Shown in pieces: positions 50,741 through 64,000 of a stretch of 64,000 nucleotides of DNA (position 1 is its first letter; every line of letters begins with the position of its first letter). The translations under genes and the position numbers were made by a program. The notes beneath the pieces are model-generated. The model was not told the DNA's origin. It searched no databases and saw only the letters and a list, made by a program, of their open reading frames with translations. The stretch comes from Cenococcum geophilum (lineage: Eukaryota): contig CP158635.1 of NCBI GenBank assembly GCA_050273025.1, positions 12,400,001 to 12,464,000 on the forward strand, in the 5' to 3' direction.

Positions 50741-53699
50741 GTAATATTTAAGAGTGTAATTTAGTATTAAACAGGACGATTAAAAACGAGAACTCTGCTT
50801 TATTAAATATGGCTCTAGAGCCTCTATATATATATTAAGAAGTCATTATTAGCTTTGTCTAATCTGCGACAGATTTAGTTAATTAGTTAGAGCTTTAAAT
50901 ATTAATCGCTTAACTAAGGACTAATATAACTTCTAAAGTTATAGGTCGATATTTGGCTTATATATATGCTAAGCATTTTTTACTACCTCTCCACCCGGAT
51001 AAAGCCAGTCATATGACTAGAAAAACCCCACTATTTATATCTAGTAAAAGTATGGAAAATTACAAGGTAATAAATAAACACTATATAAACGTACGTGGCG
51101 GCTATAGGTAGAGGAGCGTATATTGCGGTAAAGGAAAAAAGGCAACTGTATTTTAGCCTAGTTAGCCTATAGGCCTTATAACTCTGCCAGTAAGCCCTAA
51201 ATTTCGTAATAGTAAACGGAACCTAGGCTTAATATAGTTAGCTATTAGCAAAGCAATGTTAAAGCACCTACTTAGATTTAAGATTAAGTTAATTCTCTAA
51301 GGAATATAGGGAAGAATCCGATTAGTTCTTAGTAGGAAAGGCTTTTATGGTATAGAACCTTAATTAAGGCTTATATTAACTTATCCTAGAAATCTCCTGT
51401 CTGTCTAGTTTAAGTAATTAATTCGACTCTTTAGGGATGCGATGCCGAGGAGGCTAGTATCTTATGATGAAATAGGGTAATTATTATAGGCTTATGACGA
51501 AGAGAGCGATATAGAGCTACCTGTAGGATAAGCCTATTGGAACGTAAAGAGAACTGGTAAATAGAGGTAAACGCGGGGTTAGCGCACCCGGAAAGGCACT
51601 AATATAGTATCGTTATATAGGCCGACCTATTGTCATATCTATAACTTTATTGGCTATATTAGGAGAAGGTAGAAGCGGAGACTAGTGGTGTTAGCCGGTT
51701 TTATATCGCTAGCGGTTAATTAGGTTGATGTAGTTAATATAGTTAATATAGTTAATAGGGTTAATAGGGTTGACGCGGTTAATAGCCCTACTTTAGTAAA
51801 CGGCACTCCGCGTAGTAACACTAACTTTTTATTTTAACGCCACTACGTATAATAAGTCTTACCGCTAGATCTAAAGCTAGTAATATATAGGCTGTTGCTG
51901 GACATTCCAAAACTCAATGGAAGCGGTTCCTGGTAAGCAGGGATATAAGTATAGCCTCAACTCTTAGTAATAAAGATTGGCAGATACTTATATAAGAAGA
52001 AGCTAAACGACTTCGCTTATTATATTTAATACGCTTTGCTTAGTTTAAGGTTTCTATAGACAAATAGAAGGAGCTTCTAGAGCGTTTAAACAAGCTGCTA
52101 GCGGCTGAGAGTATACCCTAGATAGCTACTAAAGTCCTTAATTAGCGTATAGCATAAGCCGTTAGGAAAGCCTATTGTTAGTTTTGTTGTATTATAGTTA
52201 GAATACTTATACTAACTTAAGTTTTAGCTTTATTAAATGTAGCGTCCAGGGAGGAAGCAAGTGAATCAATTAATTAACCCTAGGTATCGACTAAGTAATA
52301 TAATCCTATAAGAGATATAGACCGGTAACCTATATATTATAGGCCCTATAAGACGTAAGAGTAGAGGGGTGTCGCTTAAAAAGGTTGTTTTAGTTTTCTA
52401 AGTAGTTTATATGTCGACTCTAGCAGTGCCCCCACTTTTAAGTCTTCTTACTTAAGGAGGCTTATTTATACCGGACGTTATTAAAGAGATTAGGCTTTTA
52501 AAGGGTTAATGGGGAGATAAGGAGCTAGATAGAAAACGTTTATATCAATCCCTAACGTTAATATATATGGTCATAGCTAAGGTGCGCATATAGACAATAT
52601 ACCTCGTTTCGCTGCTATATACCCTATAGTACCTATCTTATATACTATACGAATGATGTAAACCGGCGATCAATATATAGGCTATAAGACGCGTCGTAGA
52701 CGAAATAGCATATGCCTTACGACTTAACTCCCTCCTATTCGTTAATATAAGACGTATATCTAGCTCCTACGCATAACTAGGACCGAAACTAAGCCCCGGC
52801 ATACAGCCCTATACTTTAAGCCTATTACTTAGTTTGGGGTTAAGAGGATATTAGTATAATTTAGCACTTTAGTACTTACCAGCTTAGCTATCCAAACGCC
52901 TCTATACCTGCAATGGCCTGCTAATAAATTTTTTTGTAGGCAATTAGCGTTTTGTTCTCGTTTTCTAGGTTATTTAACGCCCCCAATTTTAGACCTACGT
53001 ATACTTTCGCACAAATCTCTTTACTTTTCAATATTTTTAGTCTTTTAATTTGTCTAAGTTAAGGTCAAGAATACGGCATATGGTTAATTAAAGACAGTTA
53101 TATACTCGGCTCTAAGAACACTCCCCTAGCGTTTCTAATATCCACGAAATCGTATCCCCAGCAATGTGTTCTATGTGTAATATATAGAACGATTACCAGT
53201 CTTTATGTGTAAGTTTTTGTAGCTTTATATATTACAGCTAATCTAGCTTCTAACGCTAAAATAGAGTGAAATCAGTGACGACTGGAAGAAGGAATTTGAA
53301 AGACAACGCGATATTATTTACTCTTATTTTAAAGACTATAGGTTAATAACGGATAATAAAGAAGATAAGGCTTTCTAAAACCTTATTAATTACTACAACG
53401 CTTATAATAATCTAGAGAAAGTTTAATATTTAAAGGAGATGCTGCTTAACCTCGATCGGGGTAAGACTTAATAAGAGATACTTACTAAGAAAATATTATA
53501 GGAAGGATAGGAGATATTAAGATATGGAATTTAGATATACTATAGGCCTTAAGAAGCTCTTGGATATGACTTAGTAATAATATAGCAGTGCTTAATAGAT
53601 TATCTCCCCCGTTATAACTGAATGTGTAATATAACTTTTATTTATCTTTTAATTAACGCCTAGCGTGCAAATAAGATATTAATAGGTAAGCTAGGCGAT

Positions 53700-53955
53700 T
53701 CTATAAGCTGGGTAATCGTGCGAGCTGGGTGATTATACGAGCTAGGTGATCGTGCGAGCTGGATACTTATAAGAGCTGGCCGATCCTATAAGCTAAGTAA
53801 TTATACAAGCTAGGTAACTGTGCAAGTATAGTGCTTATAGGAGCTAGGCAATTCTGCGAGCTAGGTAATTATACAAGCTAGGCGATTATGTAAACTAGGT
53901 GATTGTATAAGCTAGGCGATTATGCAAGCAGGGTGATTATATAAGTAGGGTGATC
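53700..53955 (+). repeat. Degenerate ~20-bp tandem repeat (GAGCTAGGTGATTATAC-like)
   Basis: About 12 units visible. Confidence 0.75.
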
Positions 53956-55919
53956 TAACCTAGCGCCCTCTATTAACGCCTAGCATGTAAATAGGAAGCA
54001 GATATTAGGAAGATACTAAAACTATAAAAAAAAGAAATATATAAGTCCTAGATCTAAAAATATTAAAAAAGTTCCTATATAAAGACCCCTTATATATACT
54101 TAGAGAAGTTCCTATATAAATAGCCCTATAAGCGTAGCTATAAGTCCGAGCCCTTTCGCGTAACCTAACTACCCCTCCCTACTATACCGGAATAGATAAA
54201 CAACCGCTGTGTACTATAAGCAGAGAAATAATTTAAATAAAAAGAAAACACTATAAAAAAATATGTTTATATCCTTAAGATATAAATCTATAAGTACCGT
54301 AGTCTTAAACACGACTAATAGTTGCTAAGGTGGTATACGTCCTAGGTCTATAAGAAATTCAAAAAATCCTAGGTCATTAGCATAGATTTGCCTACTATTA
54401 TCGCTTTTAAGGTAGTAAATAAATTTATCTAAGTAAAAGCATAGATTATTGTAAATGCTTTATAGCTTACTATAAGTCAAGCAGGCAGAGACTCTAGTAG
54501 GAATAGTAAAATATTGTTTTGTTTCGCGATAGGCTAAACAAAAAAAGGCTAAAGTTTTAACCCTTTTACCAGCTTTTATTAGAAATCTTCTTTATATTTA
54601 TATCCTATACTTATAGATTTAAGACTATAAAGCTAAGGCCACCGTATTTAACCGTCGCCTATATAGCCTTATCACTTAATATCTCTTTATTGCTGTCTGC
54701 CCCTATTTCTTTATCTTTAGTGCTAAAATCATTTTCTCTGTTATATAATATCTCTGCGTCCTATTCTTAATCCTTATTACTAAAGTTACTTTCCCAACTA
54801 GCTAACGCCTTTACGTTGCCGTTATCTCTAAAGTCGGTTTCTCTATCTATAAACGCCCACTTACTAGCTAATAATTTAGGGACGTTGCGCTTATAGGTAC
54901 TTAGGGTTATAAATACCACTTAAGAAGAAATTATAGTTAATGTTATTAGGATATAGAACAAGCCTATAGACCTCTAAGTACTGGCTACTTAGCGCTTTAA
55001 GTAAAAGATCTCCCCTAACGCAAGGCAGATTAATAGGAGTTAATTTACTACCTATATAAGGCGGAGCGCTTATAAAGGGCTTAGCTAGAATAGTAATTAA
55101 ACCACCTTAAAGGCACTAATAGCTTCTTTACTATAGATAGGGGGTTAATATATGAGATTAACTGGCTAGGATAAGTTTACTGCTTAGGTAGTATCTTGCC
55201 CCGGGAAGGATAGGCGTCGGAAATAAATTATATAATGCTATTCCTACTAAGAGAGGCGTTATTAGGGGTTATTGTTAACTTCTAATTCCAGTTTATAACT
55301 TTATGTAAACGCTTCTAAACCCTACTAAGGCATACGGCGTCCGTTAGGGATCGTCAGCTATTTAAGTTTAGCAGCAGCTTAGCTAATAGCTACCCCCAAC
55401 AATGCCTTACTTGTAGACTACTTTAGGCACCTATAGTTTTAGGCGCAGACAATACGTAAGCTAAGAGTAATCATAGCTACTAAATATTGTACCACAAACA
55501 CTATATAAAGTGGAAAGGGGCGGCTAGTATATTTTGCCTTTCCCTTCTACCTTCTGTCCTAACTCCGCCTTAGGAGAGAAATGGAATATAAATATTATGC
55601 TCCTAGTTCTTATATGCCATTAATTTAACTTACCTTTAAATCTGACCTCTTAACCATATATCCCTTACCATCTTTATAAGAATACTAGATATTATATATA
55701 TTACCTTAACTAAGCTTAGATATATTACTAATATAACCTATAGGTCCTCAATTAGTGCTTATAAAAATATTATAATATGCTATCGCCCTAAAGATAATAT
55801 ACCTAATTATTAACCTACTAGAAACCTTAAATTATCTTAAAATTGCATTAATAATAAAGACACGGTATCTGGTAGCGGGGAGGAGAAACAATTGTAGCTT
55901 TCCGACCCTATGTAGAAAT

Positions 55920-57320
55920 AGATGCCTTATATACCTGCTTAAACACCTAATAAGGCCAATTCTTATGAAAGCGACGATAATACAAAGGGCGATATACAAG
56001 GGGATACGGTTTGGGGAGGTGTATAAAAAATATACCTCAATTATCTTAGGGGATTGGAAGGCGGCGAAACTAAGATAGACTTACCTAAGCTAATGGAGGA
56101 CCATGGCGAGGCCAAAATAGACTCGCCTTAACTAAAAGAGAACTATGTTAAAGGCTTATCCCAGCAGATAAATATAGTCGTGGGTTCTAAATATATTTTG
56201 CCGGTACCTAAAGGTATATTTATAAGACACCTATATTATTTAGCAATACTAATAATTAAGTAAAGAATGGTTTAGTCCCTATATATCCATCTAAAGTGTT
56301 AACAATTTCCGATGCCAAGATTTTAAGCGGATAAGTAAAGTATCTTATATCCTAGTTACCTACTTATTATATAATAAAGGACATAACACGTTTTCGAAAC
56401 CCTAGTTATAGAGAAATCATATCTTTATACGGTCCTATCGTAGTAATATGCTAGTATCCTACCTGGGTTTTAGCGGTGGCTATACCGCAAAAGAAACTTT
56501 TATTATACTATACTAAGAATCCTTATCACCTCCGCCGTTATGCTAAGATATATAAACCGCTTAAAGATATTATAATTGAGATAGCTAAGAAGGGTAAACC
56601 GTATAAGTAAGGAGATTAACCAGGATAGTAGTAGATGCCCTCTATACCTGCTTATATAACTAAGGAGGTTAACTTTTATAAAATCGACGATAATATGGAG
56701 GGTGATATATAAGAGGATACGGAAATGTATGCTAATTACCTTAAGAGCCTAGAAGGCCGTAGCAAAACCAAAACAGTCTTACCTAAGCTAATAGAGAGCT
56801 ATGGCGAGGCTAAGACAGACTCACCTCAACTAAAAGAGGTTTATATTAAAGGTTTACTAGTGCCTTTAGGTATGTTTATAAAACACCTATATATTATTTA
56901 GCAATACTAATAATTAAGCAAAGAATAGTTTAGCTAATCCTATAAACTTCCTTGGAGATATACCTCCCCCAACTAAAGTGTTAACAATTTCCGATACTAC
57001 AATTTTAGACGGACAACTAAAGTATCTCTTATTGTAGTTGCTAACTTGCTATATAATAAAGGACTTAAAGCGTCTCCAAAACCCTGGATATAGATTAGTT
57101 GTATTTACATATAGTCCTATCGCAATAGTATCCTAGTATCCTACCTAGGTTTTACCCGCGGGTATACCGTATAAGAGACTTATATTATACTATACTGAGA
57201 ACCCGCGTTACCTCTATCGTTATGCTAGGATATACAAACCGCTTAAAGATGTTATAATAGAGATAGCTTAAAGGGGTAAATTATATGAGTAAAGAGATTA
57301 ACTAGGAGAGGCGCCAGATG
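55920..57320 (+). repeat. Tandem duplication (~700 bp x2) of a degenerate coding segment
   Basis: Units start GATGCC.T.TATACCTGCTTA at about 55921 and 56634 and share ACACCTATAT.TTATTTAGCAATACTAA, CTAAAGTGTTAACAATTTCCGAT and AAACCGCTTAAAGAT. Confidence 0.85.
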
Positions 57321-58755
57321 ATCATTTAGAAGATCTATTAATAAGAGGGACACGTAAAAGAAAGGTAGATTGTACCATAGATGGAGCCTCTAAGAAGCCA
57401 AAGAAATGAGAAATTTCTTATAAGAAAAGATTTTCGCAATTATATTTATGTTTTCTGGCGCTAAGAATTAAAGCGCTAATTAGGATTTCCTTAGCTCGGT
57501 ATTGTTTTTCTATCTAGTTGCTTCTATATTAAGAGTATTTCATTATTGTTTGCATATACGTTAAATTAAAGTTAAGAACTCGCTTATAGTAAGCTTATAA
57601 GTCCTCCACCTTTATATGCTTAGTAGCGATAAGTTAGCCGCCCTGTGACTTGCTTAGTCCTCCATAAAGAATTAAAGTTAAGGTATTAAAGTCTTTAGCG
57701 TTTTTGTAGGTAACTAGGGTACGGGTTAACTCTAAATTTCATATTAATAAGGTAGGAATGTTAAGGATAAATATAGGATATCTCTCTTAATATTGAAAAT
57801 GGGATCTTATTCTAAGAACTGGATCTAATTCTAAAGACTATATCCTATCCCAATTCTAAGCTAAACGTACTAAATGTAGCCAAAAAGGTATAGCGTTAAG
57901 CCAAGCGGTTTAATGGTCTTGGAAGAGAGAAGCTATTTTTAATTATAGCTTAAGTTATAATTCCGGGAACGGAATCTAATTCTAAAACCAAGATCCTGAT
58001 TTGGGTTCATAAAGTAGACCAATTAACTACTGTAAAAAGGGCGCAATCTTAAAAAAGGATCCGGTTTTAAGAACTGGATCCCGGTTACGGAAAACAGGTC
58101 GATTACGCGCTGTAAAATAGGGTTGGCTATATCTATATTTAGCATATTAGGTTTAGCTCGTTTTAGGACCAGCTATATAATCAATCGTAGGTGCTTATAC
58201 AACCAACCCAATAATTAACCCGCTGTCGCCAGCTGTACCTTACCTAGCGCCTTTTAGCATCGCTGCATTAGAGCCTTACTCTATTTAAGCCTTACGCGTC
58301 ACGGAATAAACTAAAAGCTGATAACCACGATTACTAATAAATGCTGCCTATAACTTTCTAATAATACCAGAACCCTATATACGCACTATATTTTTAATCT
58401 ATACAACTAAGACTACAAACGATGTTTCCTATACTTTGGGTTATTATAGCTTAGTATTTAACTAAGCCCTATAAAGCCTCGGTCTAAGCTATATTAGATT
58501 AGCTTAACTTTTCCGCACCTAATCTTTAATCCTCTGCGTGTTTACTCGCACCTTACTTCCTTCCTCACACTTTTCTCCCTAGTTATTTTCTTATTGCAAG
58601 ACACTACTAACGTGTTCTCGACCTTCCTATACTTATTTAATTCTCTACTATTATACCGTCCGTTATATACTAGCCTCTTTAATCTCCCCTTCTTACTTAC
58701 CTATTTGCCTGCCATGCCGGCCACCCTAACATAGCTTTTATTGCGTTTGCCTACA

Positions 58756-61143
58756 ATAGTAAATCTCTCTAAATTAGAGATAATCAAAGCAAAACCTATT
58801 AGGGAAGGACTAAATAACTTTCGCGATTTATTTAACTTAACTTATTAGAATTTAGGTATCTTTAGCTCTTTAAACTTGTTACACCAGATAGGCGATAAAG
58901 GTAATTATTAATTAGTCTACTATAGGTCCCGTTTAACACATATAGGGCTTAAGAATCTCATTGTTAACCTTATTTTAGCATTATAAAACCTTTCTACTGC
59001 TTAACTACTCCCGTCTAGCGCTGGCCGCGGCACTCTTTATAGTGACCTTCTCCGACTCCTCCCTTCGGTTAATTCTGATAACTTTAATATTAAATAGTTC
59101 ACCCCTCTTCTAAAAACAGTTCTTAATTATAAATTAGATAAGGACGTTTAGAGTAAAACTATCGCCACCGTCACAGAGCCTACGCCTCCCCCCCGACCGC
59201 TACTATTCTACATTTAAACCCCACATCTACGCAATATAAGCAGCTTCGCTAACTTGTCTAAATATAGAAAATACGTAGATAATATTTTAAAGGAGGAGCT
59301 AGACCCTCTTTATGTGGGGATTCCTAGCTTATACAAAGCATTTTTTAGGGAAGTGAAAGGTCTTAAAAAGGCAAGCGCCGCCGTTTTTAAGAAATGTAAG
59401 GAAGGGGATAATCCACTATACGCTAATAAGGGCGGCTAGCGTAACTAGCCTAAAAGCGTAGAGTAAGATAATGTCCTAGAGTGGTTTAATAACCTAATTA
59501 AATTATTTTTAGGCTTTATAGAGGAGTATGGGTCCGCCCTAAAGATATAACAAAAGCTCATCGCATATACTAAGCAGCCTTTATAAGGGTTTACGGCGAA
59601 GCAAAAGCTAGATATTGGTTTTGTGGATGATTTAATAGCTAGCGAAGGCTCTTAATGCCATTAGTTATATATACTTGTGCTAAGAGAGCTAAAGAGTAAT
59701 TTAAATACTAATATAGCCTCGCAGGCATGGTTTGCTTTAGGGAAATATATAAGGGAAGTCTTCGCCGCTTAGGACAATTGTCGCTTTGTCCTAGGTTTTA
59801 CCCTCTATAGATCTATTATATAGCTATAGGAGTATAACCAGGTAGAAGGTATCGCATTATTACTATTTAATATTAATAAAGACGGACTACAATTTACCTC
59901 GGCGATATTAGGGTTTCTCTTAATAAATAAAGAGCAGCTCGGGTTTAACCCTACCATTTTAATATTAGACGGCAAATAATATATTAAGGTCGTACGCAAC
60001 AATTAAACTGAGTGTCTTATCCTTAACAAACTTATAAAGCGGGCACCCTACATTACTGGTCGGGCGATAACTTACTAGAAAGCGCACCGTAAGGGTGACA
60101 CCTTTAAGATACCTCTCGTTATTAAAGACTCGTGGTAGTACCTAGAGCGTAAAAAAGAAGGCGAACTGCTGCGTAAGGTAGCGGAGAAAGGAGTAATTAA
60201 TATAGCCAGGTATTATTACCATGGGACTATTTATATAGGTAGATAAGATAATAACATCTTTAATATCCGTAAGGGGCTGGATATTACTAAAGCGACAAAC
60301 TATAAGCCTAAAAGCTTAATAGTACCTCTAAGCGTAGCTGGAGTGCAAGGCAGTATAAGGAAAGGCCGAAGCACTAGTAAAAAAAGGTCGTCTAGCTATA
60401 CTAACGCCCTATTACCGCCTAACAAGCGCCTATATTTAAGCTCTCTAATTAAGCGCCCTATTATGCAGAATCAGGTGCATTAATGCGTCATTACTTACGA
60501 CTATAGAAAGGCTCTTTATAAGGCAAGCTCTCCGGTTGCAATGCTTACTGCGTTAAAGGGTGGCATTAAAGGATATAAGTCTTTATATACGTAGGCTGGC
60601 ATCCTCTAACGTGACATTTTAATAGGCAACCTCTTAATAAATAAGGAAGACGATAATCCCTCCTAGAAGTCATTCTTAATCGATCTTAATCTTGCGATTA
60701 AAGAGAAGTAAGAAGGACCTTTGGGAGTATAGGGCAAGACCGGTATAAGAGCGTTTATAGCTATAAGAGTGCTTCTAGGCGAGAAACACTCCTTTAGGCA
60801 TGATTTGGAGTCGTTTTTTTAGGTGCTTTTCTGGATATACGTATACTATAATAGGCTAAGTAAAGATATCGGTCTAACTAAGTTTAAGCGTTGGAACTAT
60901 AAGAATACTACTAAGTTGGCTAAGTTAAAATCGGGGCTAGTAAACAGGGAAGGGCATTTTCTTAACTATATAGCTAAGGCATTTATACCTTACTACCAGC
61001 CGCTAGTCCTGTGGGTTAATAAGGTATAGAAGGTAGTTTTCCTAATAGACGGGAAGTAGGAGAAGGAAAATAGGGCGCTTTATTCCTAAATAAAAGAAAT
61101 TCTCTAGCAAGTATAGAAGGATCTAGAAGTGTTAGCAGAGTAG
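58756..61143 (+). pseudogene. FunK1-type fungal protein kinase (Pkinase_fungal), RIP-inactivated
   Basis: TPPPRP..TP.LRN.SSFAN.S.YRKYVD.ILKEEL, KLDIGFVD, ILV..ELKSN, RFVLGFTL, LGF.PTI, GRA.T.WKA, VIKDSW*Y.ER..EGELL, GIL*RDI.IGNLL, FLIDL.LA, KTG.RAF.AI and HSFRHDLESFF*VLFWI. One intron at about 58901-58946. Confidence 0.9.
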
Positions 61144-61457
61144 ATAGAATAACATTTCATTATCCTATATTCTTCTACCGTATGAGTTAAAGTTTTATAG
61201 AGATTTGGGCGGCTAAGGCTAGGTAGCAGCCTTAATTAAAACGCATATAAAATAGCGTTAAGTAAGTCGCCTAGGCTAAATAAAACTTAGGAAAGCGGAT
61301 AACCCAATCTTCCGCTAGATTATTAGGTCCCTACACCCCATTATCCTATATAGGCTTTATTTTTCCATAAAGCGCATAATCCACTCTCTAGCCTATTAGA
61401 AGCCGCTTTATGCCGCCTAAATAGAGGCCATAAAAGAATTAATCCCATCTTTTAACC

Positions 61458-61740
61458 AATCCCCTACTTAAATAAGTCCCCTACTTAAACAAATCCCCTA
61501 CGGGAGCGATTGCCTATGTGTTTCGCCGCCCTATAGGAATTAGTCCCCTACTCTAATAAATCCCCTACAGGATTTAGTCCCTTACTTTAACAAATCCCCT
61601 ATACCAATAAATCCCCCGCGCTAATAAATCCCCTACTCTAATAAATCCCCTGTGCTAATAAATCCCCTACTTTAATAAATCCCTTACTTTAATAAATCCC
61701 CTGCGCTAACAAATCCCTTACTCTAACGAATCCCCTATAG
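61458..61740 (+). repeat. Tandem AATAAATCCCCTAC-type repeats (~17-20 bp units)
   Basis: More than 10 degenerate units. Confidence 0.75.
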
Positions 61741-64000
61741 GTGCTAATGCCTACGTGTTCTACCGCCCTACGGGAACTAATCCCTTGCGGCTTGCACTCC
61801 CGTATAGCTTTTGCTCCCCTACAGGAGCCCACAGCCACGTTTTCCTCTCCCCTATGGGAACTAATGCCCTACGGCTTCCGTTCTCCTATTCCTAGATCCA
61901 CTAGCAATTCGCCCCCGCTATGGCCTACTGTATAGGCCTTATTATTATAGGAGTAAGCAAGTATATATACTTATGCCCCGTATAGGAATGAAAGCCATTT
62001 ACGCACTAGTTACCCGCAATTGCGGTTTTAGGAGGGCAGTAGGCACCTTGGGTTATCTAGTTATATTTATTAGAATGCGGGCCTATAACTATAGAAGACA
62101 CTATTGCTTATATAGAAGTACCACAGCTGCTATAAGTATTGGCCTAGCCTAGTATATAAATCTAAACGCGAAAGGAGGCGCGGTAGCCTAGGTGGCTTTA
62201 TTAAGCTCCTGTATATATATCTCCAATTACTCTAAAGCTTCCTTTCCACCTTCTATAAACGCTATATTGCTAGAATAGGCTCTAGACCTTATCAATACTC
62301 CCTTATACTTAAATTCCGCTAGAATTACTCTGCTACTATGGTAGCTAGGTTTACCTAAAAAAAGCCGATTAAACAAATTATGTATGGGAACCGCAAGCTA
62401 GCGAATATTGGGCACAATATATACAATGGCGATAATTTTACAAATCTTTAAGATATTAGGGACCTGCTTACCTAATATATAGGCAATTACTTACCTTTAC
62501 CTCTCTTAAATTTTCTTCTTTCTATCCTATATAGGAGACCTTTCCTCTTTTCTTCCTTAAGGATAGTTTCCCCTACTATTGGAACCTAATAGATTGAAGT
62601 TTTGCCTATATTGGGCGTATTTATTATAGGGACAGGTATCTAAGGGTAGTAGTTAGATTATTAATGATATAAAAGGGGTGGGTTATATACTGCTTGCCTT
62701 TAGCGGGTGTATTATAGTTACTAGCCTTTAAAGGTCTTTAAAGGTCTTTAAAAGTCTTTAGAGGTCCTTAGAGGCCTTTAATGGTCTTTTTATATATTAG
62801 TTGGTGAAATACCAAGCAGAGGTCATACATATATGTCTATAAGGCCGAGCTATATAACAATTCTTATTGGAGTAACGAGAGCGTACGTAGACTTAAGCTA
62901 GGCTGTAAATGATATAAAATGCGAAGTTGCGCGTAAAGGTAGCCTAAATCCAAATCACTAGACCGTATAAATATGGGAAGACGCCACTCGCTCTACATTT
63001 TTATTCTTATATATAAAGAAGTTCCCGCTATATACTATAGGTGGTGAAGATTAGTAAAGGTCTTAACCTAACTCGGGGTCGCTAAATAGCAAGGAAGGGG
63101 TAAATAGATATATTGCACCCCGGCTTATAAAACTTAGGTATATTACCCCTTGGCTACCCTAGTTACCTAACTGCAATAAAAGCTTATAGATATGCATAAG
63201 ATAATAATATTCTTAACAGCCCCCGCCCCCAATCGTCCTTAGAGAGATATTTAGAACTACTTCTTTTCCTAGCCCAGTTTACGACGTTTAGATTAACCCC
63301 TAATATGGCAACTATTAAATTTATCTTATAACTTATAGACCTTGCTAAGAAGCTTAAACGGGTTATTAAAAGTGTCCTATGCTCTTACATGCATCCTACA
63401 AAAAGCAACTATTGGACAATTAAGGATTTAGGTATAAGGCTTTTCAAAGCTATAGAAAAGCTCCCAGTGGAGATTAAAGCACTTAAAAAAAGACGTACAG
63501 AGTCGGCTTATAAGGAGGGCAAATAGCGGTTAAACCAGGCACAAAAGAATAGAAAAGACACTATTACTAGTTCGAACTTAAAGAATCGAGGGATATTCGC
63601 AAAAAACATAGCACTTTTCTTTAGCGGTCTAAAGGATTTGGTCATTAATTTGGACGTAACTTAAATAAGGAAGCAGGCGACCTAAAAAAGGTGCGAGTGG
63701 ATTTATAGCCTAAGTCCTAACGGGATAATTTCCTAGGTAGCGGCCTTTAACCCTACCGTATAGACGGCAAATTTGATATTAAAGGATATGTTTGACTTTG
63801 TGGTCGAGCGGATTGACCTAGAGGATATTTAGGTGTGGCTATTTAATATATATTATATACTAAATGGTTTGGGAACTAAAGAGCCGTTATAAGAATTCTA
63901 AAAATATTATAAGTTCCTAAAAGGTAAGGTCTACTTTAGCGAGAACTTTTAAGTATAAAGCTGACGGCTACTAGCCGCTATAGAAGATAGGGAAAAACCT

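Noticed and set aside
61740..64000. Degenerate coding sequence at the right edge (likewise 51100-52400 and 54600-55450)
   Set aside because: Looks like RIP-mutated genes, but no family could be recognised or boundaries fixed by eye.

Overview
This window is from a filamentous ascomycete (Pezizomycotina-type introns, strong RIP signature) and crosses a sharp border between gene-rich and RIP-mutated DNA. From 0.4 to 17.5 kb there are intact genes: a HET-domain protein, an ArfGAP (Gcs1-like), a WSC cell-wall sensor, a peroxisomal 2,4-dienoyl-CoA reductase (Sps19-like) and a SesA-like/NB-ARC/TPR NLR. Small TE relics lie between them (piggyBac-like MITE, LINE 3' end, Fot1/pogo). Directly behind the NLR stop codon, in the same frame, is an unannotated, frameshifted remnant of a HET-S-like protein that keeps both repeats of a HET-s-type amyloid prion-forming domain. 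From about 18.8 kb the DNA is AT-rich and RIP-mutated. A NACHT-WD40 NLR pseudogene is split by a 21.35-kb nested TE stack (hAT > Gypsy chromovirus > Plavaka/CACTA-like element > Copia plus an apparently self-priming TRIM); target-site duplications are readable for all but the Plavaka-like layer. Further on is a RIP-inactivated DUF3435 tyrosine recombinase (Starship captain), followed by degenerate cargo-like genes (BTB protein, FunK1-type kinase, unknown ORFs) that run off the right edge. All family calls come from motifs read by eye, with no database searches. Coordinates in RIP-mutated regions are approximate unless fixed by a TSD or TIR.
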